DNA of 64,000 bases from Enoplolaimus lenunculus. Lineage: Eukaryota. A program made the translations under genes and the position numbers. The notes beneath the pieces are model-generated. The model searched no databases. It saw only the letters and a program-made list of their open reading frames with translations, and had not been told where the DNA came from. The DNA is taken from assembly GCA_030248215.1 (NCBI GenBank), contig JASANG010000245.1, forward strand, positions 62,001 through 126,000, given 5' to 3'. This document shows positions 12,301-24,300 of the stretch, one piece after another; the stretch's first letter is position 1; each line of letters begins with the position of its first letter.

Positions 12301-15300
12301 CACAGAAAAACGTTTCGCCCCTGATCTCTTTACATGGGCCAAAATTATGACAAAATAAATTTTCTTCTTTGAACCATGGTAACAATCTTTCATTCGGCAT
12401 ATAGAAAATGAGTTTTGGTGTAAAAATATTTATCGATTCTTGGTTTACCAGCATAGCTAAAACGTCTCCTGGAAGGATTTTTGCCAAAAAGTTGAATTCT
12501 AATTCATGTCGTCGCTCGGCTCGCAGCCTGTACCTGGTTTTGTCGTTGGACCCACGCCCTTGATTTGGATGGTCAATAATCGTAGTCATTTCGCTGCTAC
12601 CGTCGACTGACGACCCGATCAAATTTCGTTCAGATTCGGAAACGACGGAAGATTCAAATGTGGGCTTCCATCGTGACGGGTCGAGCAGTGTTGGTCTCAC
12701 ATGCTGTCCTAAAACATTTCATCTACAAAGAATATGCTATATTTTTAAGCTTTCACTGCAACTAAAGATGTTTGAACTCAAAATTGAGTTGAACATATAA
12801 GGTTGTTTGTGTTGTAATTCTAAACAATGTTTCTTAAGCCCCACTCACGCGTACAAGTTTCTGCTGCGAGAACTTGTAGCTGCAAATTGCACGCAGAACT
12901 TGCATTTTTTCCTCAGCCAATGATAAAGAGAATGCAATACATTGAACTTGCATGGTTATTCACACATGTGAACTAAATTCATAGGAATTATTTTGCAGCT
13001 GCAAGTTCTCGCAGCAAAAACTTGCACGTATGAATACGGATTTAATCAATTTCAATAAAAAGTTATATCGTTACCATTCGGTGGATATTCACATATCCAG
13101 CCGGATTTGTGTGAACAGTCTTGTAAAAACCAAGTTACTTCCATGTCGCTACTGCGTGACGACTCCATTGTATGAACAAAATACGCAACACAATTGGCGT
13201 TTTCCGATTCAGATTCCACTATTATCGAACTATTTGGTCTAAAATTTGCAACAAGCAGTGATACAAACACTCGCTTAGCCAGCTCAGCGTAGTCGTTGGG
13301 CCAACGCAATATTCGCAGGGGTATGCTTAGGAATTCAGACGACTTTTAGGGTTGCGCTGTACTTTGGTTGCCGTCCAGCGTCGTCCGGCGTCGTCCGTCA
13401 CCGTGTGTCATCCGTACGGCGCCGTCCGTCACCGTGCGGTATCGTACGCAAATAACTCACGTACGATAACGTATGGTGCGAACGTGACGGTGCCGGGCGG
13501 GTAACGGACGGTGCCATACGGATGACGCACGGTGGCGGACGGTGCCGTATGGTTGACGCACGGAGACGGACGGTGCCGTATGGGTGACGCACGGTGACGG
13601 ACGGTGCCGTATGGGTGACGCACGGTGACGGACGGTGCCGTATGGTTGACGCACGGTGACGGACGGTGCCGTATGGGTGACGCACGGTGACGGACGGTGC
13701 CGTATGGGTGACGCACGGTGACGGACGGCGCCGTACGTCGAGTATAGCGCAACCCTACGCGAAGCTAAATCATTTTTCGGTGGTCAAATTTTTTCTGGTG
13801 GTCTAAGCCTCTTTCCCTGAATCTCGGTGGGTACCAACCCCAAATCGCTGCCGGTGTTTTAAGCTTCTGGCTAACAATTCTTGGATTGTCACACTTAAAA
13901 TTCTTCTCAAAATCTTTAAAATTGTTTAAAGGTTGTTTCCGTGGCCGACACTGAATGTTCCTGGGCTTCAGTGAGTTGTATTCTGAAGCCGTTTTGGCTT
14001 TACATTGTTTCAGTTTCTGGAAGTTGCACTGCGTATTGATTTTAATTAAGCCCTATTCACAAGTGCAAGTTTTTGCTGCGAGAACTTGCAGCTGCAACTT
14101 GCACTTGCAACTTTTATCCCAACAAATAATTCATTAAAAATCATAGTTAGCAATTTTAGTTCATGTGTGTGAATAACCATGCAAGTTCACTGAATTTACT
14201 GTAACCGTTTTCTGATTGGCTGATGAAAAAAATGCAAGTTCTGCGTGCAATTTGTAGCTGCAAGTTCTCACAGCAAAAACTTGCACGTGCGAATAGGGCT
14301 TTAAAGGTTAAATTGTAATCAATGTATGAAAAGTAAAAAATTATATTTTGAGAATTTAACAAAAACTATTAATTATACCTAAACGTTGGAATAGAATTGC
14401 CTGTGATCCATCGCCAAGTATCTCCTTTAAACGATGACTTCATTCCAATCCAAAAGAAGTTTGCCTAAAATACTCAAACGCTGATTGTTTTCATCGTTCA
14501 AAACATGTGCATTTTGCTATTACGTACGACCATGCAATTTGCATTTGAAGCCATTCTACCTATATTGACATGCACCCGCAATAGAGTATGTCAGAACTGT
14601 GCACGCTCGGGACGACTCCTTCATTCGAAGTACTGCGAATATACATGGTTTCCCCCTAAATTTCTCCGAAACATATGGCCACACCGGGAATCGAACATCG
14701 GACCTCTCGCTCGCTAGTCAAGCGCGCTAGCCATTACACCACGCGGCCGATATTATAGTTGTCTCTAGCACTACGTATGCATGTGTCTTTACATTACACA
14801 CTCTGTACATACACAAGCTAAACCGCGAATACTCACAGGGTGGCGCTGTACTTTAGTGTGCCGCGCGTCACCGGCACGCGGCGGAATCTGACGGCACTGG
14901 CCGTGCGCTGCGAGTATAGCGCAACTCAAACAAATGTCGTTCACCCAGTTGCAATTTGACAATTTTAACATAAATCTTTACAGTACGTAAAATTGATACA
15001 GAATAGTCGAGTTACAAGATTCTTTCAATACAGCCGAATTGATTCAGCTAAAACGAAATGACCAACATCACAGTTCAAGTTATAACAGATTTGAAAGTCG
15101 CAAGACACGTAAAAGATCAAGAGCGGAACGTTTTTCTGTGAGACTGCAATGGAATAAGTCTAAGCATTAGGCTAATATTTTGCTGAGGTGTAAGCTTAGG
15201 TTCAGGTATAACCTCATTCCTACGCTTAGGTTTAGGCTTAGGAATATGTTTATACTACTACAGCTCCATTGTAAACATTGTCCATAAGACCTGTAAAAAC

Positions 15301-18300
15301 GTGGTAAATAAGTGCTACACACATTTAAGAACGCAGTTATACAAAATAAGGCCAATGTTACTTTAAGAAGTAAGTATTCTCTTAAGCCTAACCCTAAGAA
15401 TAAGCTTATATCTAAGCCTAAGCATAAACCTACGATTAAGCCTAAGCAAAAAAACTGGTCTAAAGCTTAAGCGTACTCTATTCGAGACCCACAGAAAAAC
15501 GGCCAATGTAATACTTTAAGGGGTGTAATAGTAGATTAAGCGTATTCCTAAGCCTAAGCGTTACAAAAATGAGTTCCTACGCCTAAGCCTAAGCCTAAGC
15601 GTATGCTTAAGCCTAAGCCTAAGCAAAAAATATAATCTAGAACCCAAAACCTACTCTTTTACGGACCCACCAGAAACCTGGCCGCCCCTTAAAGTAACAT
15701 GGGACCAAAATAAGACAATGTGCCAACCTGGTTTTCACTGTGACCAAACCACAAATGCATTCGTTCAATTAACCAATTATGAAGGTCTTCGTCAATTGGA
15801 CCAACCAGGTCGCCACCTCCTAAAGCCTACTTAAATTGGATTAAACTCCAAGACATTACATCCCACATCATAAACAGATGAAACCTTAACTTTTTTAACT
15901 TTAGCCTAATAAAAAGTAAGCGATTAAGCGATTATCTGTAGGAATAAAATGTTGACACCACAGGACGGGAAATCCCGTTCCACGGGCGCATTAAAAAGGC
16001 CATGGCCAGACGGTCGTAACCAGATTAGGAATTGGTTCACTAACAAATTGAGCACCAACTGTACTTAACCCTTTCACTCATACAGTATACTATGAGCAAC
16101 TAAATACAATAGCAATACACACACTGTGATAAGTGTTTAACATTTATAACATATATGCGGAGTTCAAAATCTCCACAAGACGTGAGAGCCTACACGGGCT
16201 CGAGCGTCAAGCTCCTATAGCTCAGTGGTCATCGTAACCGCCTCCAACGTGAGACTGGAGATCGAATCGTACTTTGAAACTGCATCCCATATGAAATTGA
16301 AAATGTTCATGTGAGAAAGGGTTAAGATATACAATTAATGTTGATTATCCCGTACTAAATTTCTAACTATGCAAATACAGCCAGCCTATCGAGTACAACT
16401 TAAATACCTTGTTTGCAGTACTCTTGAGCTCCCATCCAAGTCAACCGCATCGACGGTAAATCTTCGTTGACGCTATCTAAACCGAGAACTTCATAGCATC
16501 GCGAATTGAACACAGTCGCACCTTCAGGACATATTTGGTAATCTGAAATATTGTAAATTAACATTAAAACAAACCATTACCGCCGACTTGAAGTAAGAAC
16601 AACGACTCTTAGGTCATGATCGACGACCCACAGGAATCAAAACCAAAATTTTGTATTAAGATTTAAACGGGTTTGGTATCTCGTTGGTTTGGCTTGCGAA
16701 ATTTTACTGTTATCAAGTTGATCCACTGTCAAAAATGTTAGGATCCACCATTGATGATTTATTGTTTATGGTAAACATTAACGACCAGTGTAAAGAACAG
16801 GCGCGGACCAGTGTTGTAAGCATATTCCCAAGCCTAAACCTAAGCCTTAGCCTGAGCCCAAGCATAAGAATGAGCATACTCCTACGCCTAAGCCTAAGCC
16901 TAAGCCAAACCAAAAAATTTGTCTAAAGTTTAAGCTTCCTCTATTGCAGTTCCATAGAAAAACGTTCCGCCCCTGATCTTTACATGGGCCACATTAACCA
17001 AATGAAAAACGTGATGACCGTTGTGCCATATTATTAGCAAAATAAACACAACCTAATTTAAGCAAACCTAAACCATTTGAAAATGGAAGGTAGCCAAATT
17101 TTGGCATGTTGCGTTGACTTACCGAACTCAATACATCGGAACCGGTATTCAAGCAAGTTTGTCGCTCCGGGCATACACGGGTTGAATCCGAATAATTCTT
17201 GAATATCGTTTATAACACATGATATCTTTCCTTGGCATCTGAAAAAAGGGCAGAATATTTTCAAATACGTCTCGCCGTAGTTTCAAAATATCTTGGTAAC
17301 GAGCACTTATGTTTAGCTAACGCGGGATTCACGTTATAACCGGGCAGCTTGATGCATGTTTTGTGTCTATTAGACTATTGTGTAACATTTTGTCCGCTTA
17401 TAGACCCCATATTATATTCAAAAAGTCGTATTTACTTGCTCTCAACAAGCGTAGGTCCGCTTTTTTTCTTCAACATTATATGATACTCGACGTATTGTAT
17501 ACGAATATCGTATTCTTAAACGTTTGCATACTTGACGTAACATACTCAAATTGTCCTGTTGAATCTCATCTGATACTAGAACTTGAAATTTGAATTTCTA
17601 AATTATGACGCTGTTGCTCTAAATGATTTTGTGTCGGAAACGAGAATTTTCTGGAGTGTTTTTGGTATTTTAAAGTACATCTGTGTTTCTACCATCTGAC
17701 TTTCTATTCATTTACCAGCATGCGAAGGTTACACTGAACCGCTGAATATTATATGATATTCGATGCAATTTTGGCACATCATATGATATTCGCATGAATG
17801 TCCCAGAGTATCACGTGACATACCGGCTCTTGTACATATTGAACATCTGAGAGCGGTGGTATGTAAGTCACAGTGTCATATGACACCCGAGTTATGTCTG
17901 TTGACCCAATATGACAGCTCGAATTTTAACATTGATGTCGAGTCAACATGTGACAAACCGTGACCCACCTGTCGCGGTGATAACGTGAATCCCGCATAAA
18001 CTTTATACGTGCAAGTCTAAGACCAATCACACACGCGAATTAAACGGACGTATAGAGATGGCATATTTCCTTTCAAAGTTTGTGGATAAAATAAAATCAC
18101 TTTTAACAAATTTAAAAAATTATCTTTCAGATTTTAAAGGTCAAAAAACGCTTTTTCAACTTCCAAACTGAAATTCGACCCACGTCGCTGCTTGGGTATT
18201 ACAGTAATATTTGGCAATACCAGCTAAGGAATATAATGCAATTAATATTAGTATTGTAGTTTGTAGGCGATTTGGGTATACTGAGTTAGCTCAGATTTCG

Positions 18301-21300
18301 CTTCCACAAAATTAATTAAATCGTGACAATGTTTAGTAGAGCATAGGGCTCGTATTGTCAAATGCATACAACACCTATAACACCAGTTGGTAATAGGTTG
18401 TCAAAGTAACGAACAGCTACAATTGCAGATCTTAAAATTTGCACAGAAGTAGAGTGAATCGAATGCAATAAATATGCTAAATTTCAAACTTCTCCATTCC
18501 TTGGTTTGAAAGTTGGAAGACTTATCGCCAACTGGTGATAGGTGCTACACACATTCGAGAATACGGGTTTGGAACACAACTTTAGTGCTATGAGCTGTAC
18601 TTAAATAAAGCTCTTTTAAATGCAAACAGCAAAGATTGGTCCTTGTACACATTTCGCTCCCAGTTTTCAAAATTTTCAAATTTCAACATAGTGTTGGCTT
18701 TAGGATTTGGCTTTGGCTTTGCTAAAGTAATTCACTTGTATGTTAGGAATTTATCCTTGTGAGAAAAAAATAGTAAAGTATCCATATTTGGCCCATGTAA
18801 AGATCAGGGACCGAACGTTTTTCTGTGGGACTGCAATAGAGTAAGCTTAAGTTTTAGACTATTTTTTGCCTTGCTTACGCTTAAGCTTAGACTTAATAAT
18901 ATGCTCATTCTTACGTTTAAGCTCAGGCTTAGGCTTAGGAATATGCCTATAAAATATTGATCCGCCTATGTTGTTTACATTGGTCCAATCGTTTACAACA
19001 ATAATTAAAAAGAGGTGCCGAAAAACAATACAAGAAGTGTTTAAATTTGACAAAACATTTAAACAAATGCCAAAACATACAAAAAAGGCCAAAAAATTTT
19101 CATTCTGCAAAAAATACAAACTCATACTGACTGTTGTGTCATTAACGCTAACGAATTTTCAGCACCGCAAAGTGACATTTGACTATTTTCTTCGCTGTTA
19201 ATTGTTTGATACGACTGACCATACTGAGCATACTGAACATCGATACGCAACGACTGTCCTGGATACTGGCTACAGGTAAATTTAAACGATTGCGTATGTA
19301 AATGAAGCGACTGTGCAGGAATTGCTGAAGACACAAAATCGGAACGTTTTTAGCACGGTACAGGTGTCCGGCGAAGCTTAAAATACCGTTTGGGTGTGAG
19401 AGGGGTTCCCGTATTTGGGGCCATGAAGCACTAAGTCCGTCGCTGTTTCTGAAACCAATTTTTGATAGCTGTATAACTTCCCTATACTATATGTTTCTTC
19501 ACACAAAATACACTGGAAATTTAAAATAAGCCTACGCTTAGACTTAGCCTAACCGAGGTTTAAGCTTTGATTTAGGATTAGGTTTGAAGTTAGACGTAAG
19601 GGTAATATTTGCAAAAATTTGTGGGACATTTTTGCTTTAATTGGGCGGAGAAAAGTTCAAAAACTAGCCAAAGTTTTAATTACCACCATATAATAGTATT
19701 CCAGATATCCTCTAAATCAGACTAACAAGTATGTATATGTTGAACAATGCCGTCTATATTTTACCGCAACTGTTCACAAAATAAATTGTCTCGTATTCAA
19801 GAAATATTGTGACAAATTTAAGCCAATTACGTCTTCATACGGGCTCCAGACATATATGTTTTGAATGGAAGACTTTTTAATTTCCTAAACTATTCAGAAA
19901 TATGGGTCTGAAAATTTTCACACTTATATGTGTTAAACTTAAGACTTTGTTTCATGAACGATGAAGACAAATATTTCTGAAATATAAGACAAACATTTTT
20001 GATAAAAACGTAGATTTGCCAGGCAAACCGGCTTCAAAATTGGACGCTAAATCTCAGCCAAATACCCTTATTTGCCACCTAAGATACGTCCAAGTCGTAA
20101 ACTTAGGTTGGGGGCAGCTGTAAATTCAACCCGAAATATCTTTGAAATTCGATTATTTATATACACTTCTAAGAATATAAACGGAGCAACTTTTTTTACA
20201 TACATAAAAATCAGAAAATTACTAAGAATATAAACGGAGCAACTTTTTTACATACATACAAATCAGACAATTAATTCTTGAATATATGATAACTATTTCT
20301 AAAAACAAAGAAATTAAGTCTTATAAATTGGCAACAGTAATTTCTTGAACACGACTTTTAATCATTTCAGAAACAAATTTCTGAACTGTTTAACGCTATT
20401 AATGTCTAAAATACAAGATATTTATGTCTTGAAATTTTAAGAAAGTAAGAGTCTTGATGTTTTAAGACAATTAATTTTGTGTGTCTGTATAGCAAACCAC
20501 CCGTTGATTTTGGGGCAACTGGTGCACGTCAAGAAAGTTTAACATCGAAAAAGACAAAAGGCCTCTCTCGGGATATTAACGACTGATTTAATTGATAGTC
20601 TTAGTTAATTCTATAAATATATTATTGGAATATAACTACGGGTGCAGTATGAGCAAGGGAGGCGTTTACACACGTTGTAACAGTTCAAAACCAAATATTT
20701 CAAACTGCAGAAACCGTTTCGGTGTTTATTTTGTATTTATTTTACCAAATCCATCGTAAAAATTAAGCTTTTCACATTGAAAGCCTTCAAAACCATCGCG
20801 ACACTTGCATTGATATTGATAATACTCGGGTAATTCAAGTAAATCAGCTGAAAACAACACCAACAAATAATAATAACAACAATAATCTATATATTAAAGC
20901 TGGAACGCCCCAAATACGTATTTTGGGCAACTTTCCAGTGTTACTTTGTTTTGTTTACAATAATTTGTTAGCAAATACACGTATTGTTCTATGAAAAGTA
21001 AATTTGCAAAGAAATTTTTGTGCTTTCGTTAAGTTTTGCGCATTGCGCAAAGCTGGCAGACTAGTAATAATAATAATATCTATAAATTAAAGCTGGAACG
21101 CCCCATATACGTATTTTGGGCAACTTTCCAGCATTACTTTGTTTTGTTTACAATAATTTGTTAGGAAATACACGTGATTGTTCTATGAAAAGTAAATTTG
21201 CAAGGAAAATTTAGTGCTTTCGTTAACTTCCGTTTAATTTCATATTTTTAACTGAGAAGCTGGAAGTTAAACGAGAAACTTAAGTTTTGGATGAGTTTTT

Positions 21301-24300
21301 CAATATTTTTGTAATTTGTTCAACCGGTGGGTCCAAGCTGAGGTTTCATGGCTAAGAATGGGTCGAAACGAGTGGGCGATGGCGCCCTTTCACCAGAGAT
21401 TTTTTGCGAAACAATTCTATTGTATCCTGTCTTACAAATTTTTACTTTAGTGCTACGAAAATTGGTTTTGGCTTCTTGGTCGCTTCGCTCGCGATTTTAT
21501 GACCGCAAATATTGCATGCCTGTCGCCTTCAGAAATTTCTAAATCCACCACTGTTCATGACCGCGGCACATGTATAGAATAGGGCCGGAACACTAGTATA
21601 AGCGTATTCCTAAGCCTAAGCCTAAGCCTAAGCCTAAGCCTAAGCCTAAGCCTAAGCCTAAGCCTCAGCCAAAAAATAGTCTAGAGCTTAAACTGACTCT
21701 ATTATAGCTCCTCCGGAAAACGATCCGGCCCTGTTCTACACATGGGCCATGACCGCCAAGTTCGTATCGAGATTCAAATACTCATTTAGTACGTTTTTGC
21801 ACAATATTTATTGTAGGCACAAGCTTCCCTTGCTAACATAAAAATAGGAAAAGACAAAAAGTGAAACTCCAATTAAAATTGTTCAGCCCATGTAACCACT
21901 GGTGGCCTGTCTTCTAATCATAAGCCTAAATCTAAGCCTATACCTAAGACTAAACCTAATCCTAACCGTAAGTCTAATACTAAGCCTAAGTCAAAGCCTA
22001 AGCGTAAACTTCGTAGTCTCTCAGTTTCCCAGTCCTTTTATCTTTCAGTCGGCAAGTCCTTATTCAGGGCTTGGGCCAAACATCAAAGGAAAATTCATAT
22101 GGGATTAAACGTCACATACCATATTTTTCTTTGGCTTCGCAGATGAAATAGTTTTCCTGATATGAGCAACTGTCAACTATCCAACGTTGGTACAACGATG
22201 CCGCTGATATGGAAATACACGAATCTGAAACATAATTAATCGCTATATGTAAAGATAACGCAGTATTTGGTCCGAAAAATCACGATCAAATTTGACTTTA
22301 GAAGCTTTGGCCAATGTACAAACCAGAGCCGTAATAGTAGTATAAGCATATTCGCAAGCTTAACCTAAACCTAAACGTATAAATGAGCTTATATCTAAGC
22401 CTAATCCTAAACCTACGCCTAAGCAAAAAATAGCCTAAAGCTTAAGCTTACTCTACTGAATATTTGCTTAGTTTGTAAACTTTTAACGAGATGTAATCAA
22501 TCGGTATCTGAAAATACATTACTAGGTGAACATATTCATAAGCTTAACCTAAACCTAAACGTATAAATGAGCTTATACCTAAGCCTAAGTTTAAACCTAC
22601 GCCTAAGCAAAAAATAGCCTAAAGTTTAAGCTTACTGAATATTTGCTTAATTTATAAACTTTTAACGAGAAGTATTCAATCAGTATCTGAAAATACATTA
22701 CTAGGTAAACATATTCGCAAGCTTAACCTAAACCTAAACGTATAAATGAGCTTATACCTAAGCCTAAGCCTAAACCTACGCCTAAGCAAAAAATATCCTA
22801 AAGCTTAAGCTTTACTCTACTGAATCGTTGTTTAATTGGTAAACTTTTAACCATAACCATTCAATCAGTATTTGAGAATACATTAATAGGCTCGAACTGA
22901 CAGGGTAAACGCGTTTCATAATAAAATATTAAATTTACTATCGTCAAAATTATAATTTTTCGCGTTATGGCTTGATGACCACAGTGTTTTTGATATCAAT
23001 TGCGGCGGTGTCGATTCCCATTGAAATCCGCCGACAAGTTTTATTGCTGATGCGTTTTGTGAAAATCGGCCGTTGGTCCACACGTTTTCCAGCGGTGAGA
23101 CGCCAACTGTAGTTCAATGATAATTTGTTTCAAAATTTATTAACATTCAAAAGTAGCAGTTATAGGCTTTATATTATAAAATATGTATAGCAACTATCAT
23201 CAGTTAGTAATTGGTTTTCAAACTCACTAACTATTGCAAGTTGTTTAACTTAAAATTAGTACAGTATTAGAGCAAATTATATGCAAAAAAAGTGTGCTAA
23301 ATGTTGAGCGTCAGCGTTTATCCGTTTGAAAGTTACAAGAACTATCATCAACTGGTGACAGGTGCTACACACATTTGAGAATACGGGCTTTAGGTCTTCG
23401 ACAAATACACAGCATTCAAATAAACACTCACTAGTGCGCATCTGTATAAATAAGGGTGACGCTATGCTTGTCGTGCGGCACAGTACGTCGCCGTCCGTCG
23501 CCATTCGTCGTCGGTCGTCACGGTCGATCATTGTGCGGCATCGTGCGCGAGACAGTGAAGACCCTCGACCAACGGCGTCGGACGACAGCAAAATTTTTTT
23601 TACAAAGTATAACGACATTCTATTAATGTTCGAGCATTCCGGTATACGGTATTTGCTATCAATTTAAATATGCTTAAAAGTACATGTAAGCAAATGATAA
23701 TAAAATGTGATTCGCAAACTTTATGAAATACAGTTGCTCAAATTTATGAATCAAAAAATTAAAATTTCAAGCCTTGCCTATTGCCGTTTTTCGATTTAGT
23801 ATATGCTGTGGACGATTGCCGGTGTGAAATTCCACACAGCGGTGAAAATTAAAGTGAACAATGTATTTAGTTTAACTTTTATTTCACTACTCTGTAAAAG
23901 CTTAAACTAACTTGATTTATGCTTAATCTAATCCAGCAGTATTAAACTAACTTTCAAGAATAACTGAACTAACAGGTACGTTTGCGCTTAAACTAATTTA
24001 AAATCGTACATATTTTTAGTTTAAGCTAAACTTAGTGAACTCTTTGATACACATAATTTCTGAGCTTTATTTGTTACTTCAACTAAAAATAAGTTTACTT
24101 AAACTCGTGTTAAACTTAAAAAAGTGATAGTTTAAGTAAAACTTAAATTTCTAGTTTAGTTAGTCCGTCCAACCACTTGAGTTTTACTTAAACTAATATT
24201 CAAGTTTAGTTAAACTATAATTTAAGTTCAAAATTTTTAGACAGTATGTTTCTGTTGCTTGTTGCAACGAATTTGACTTTAAGGTTGCAAAAATTTTGCA

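Noticed and set aside
13398..13752. Repetitive Arg/His/Pro ORFs (also 54027-54519)
   Set aside because: These are translations of 31-bp and 21-bp minisatellites within TIR elements.
20169..20267. Direct duplication of about 50 bp
   Set aside because: An ordinary local tandem duplication within a degenerate AT-rich repeat.
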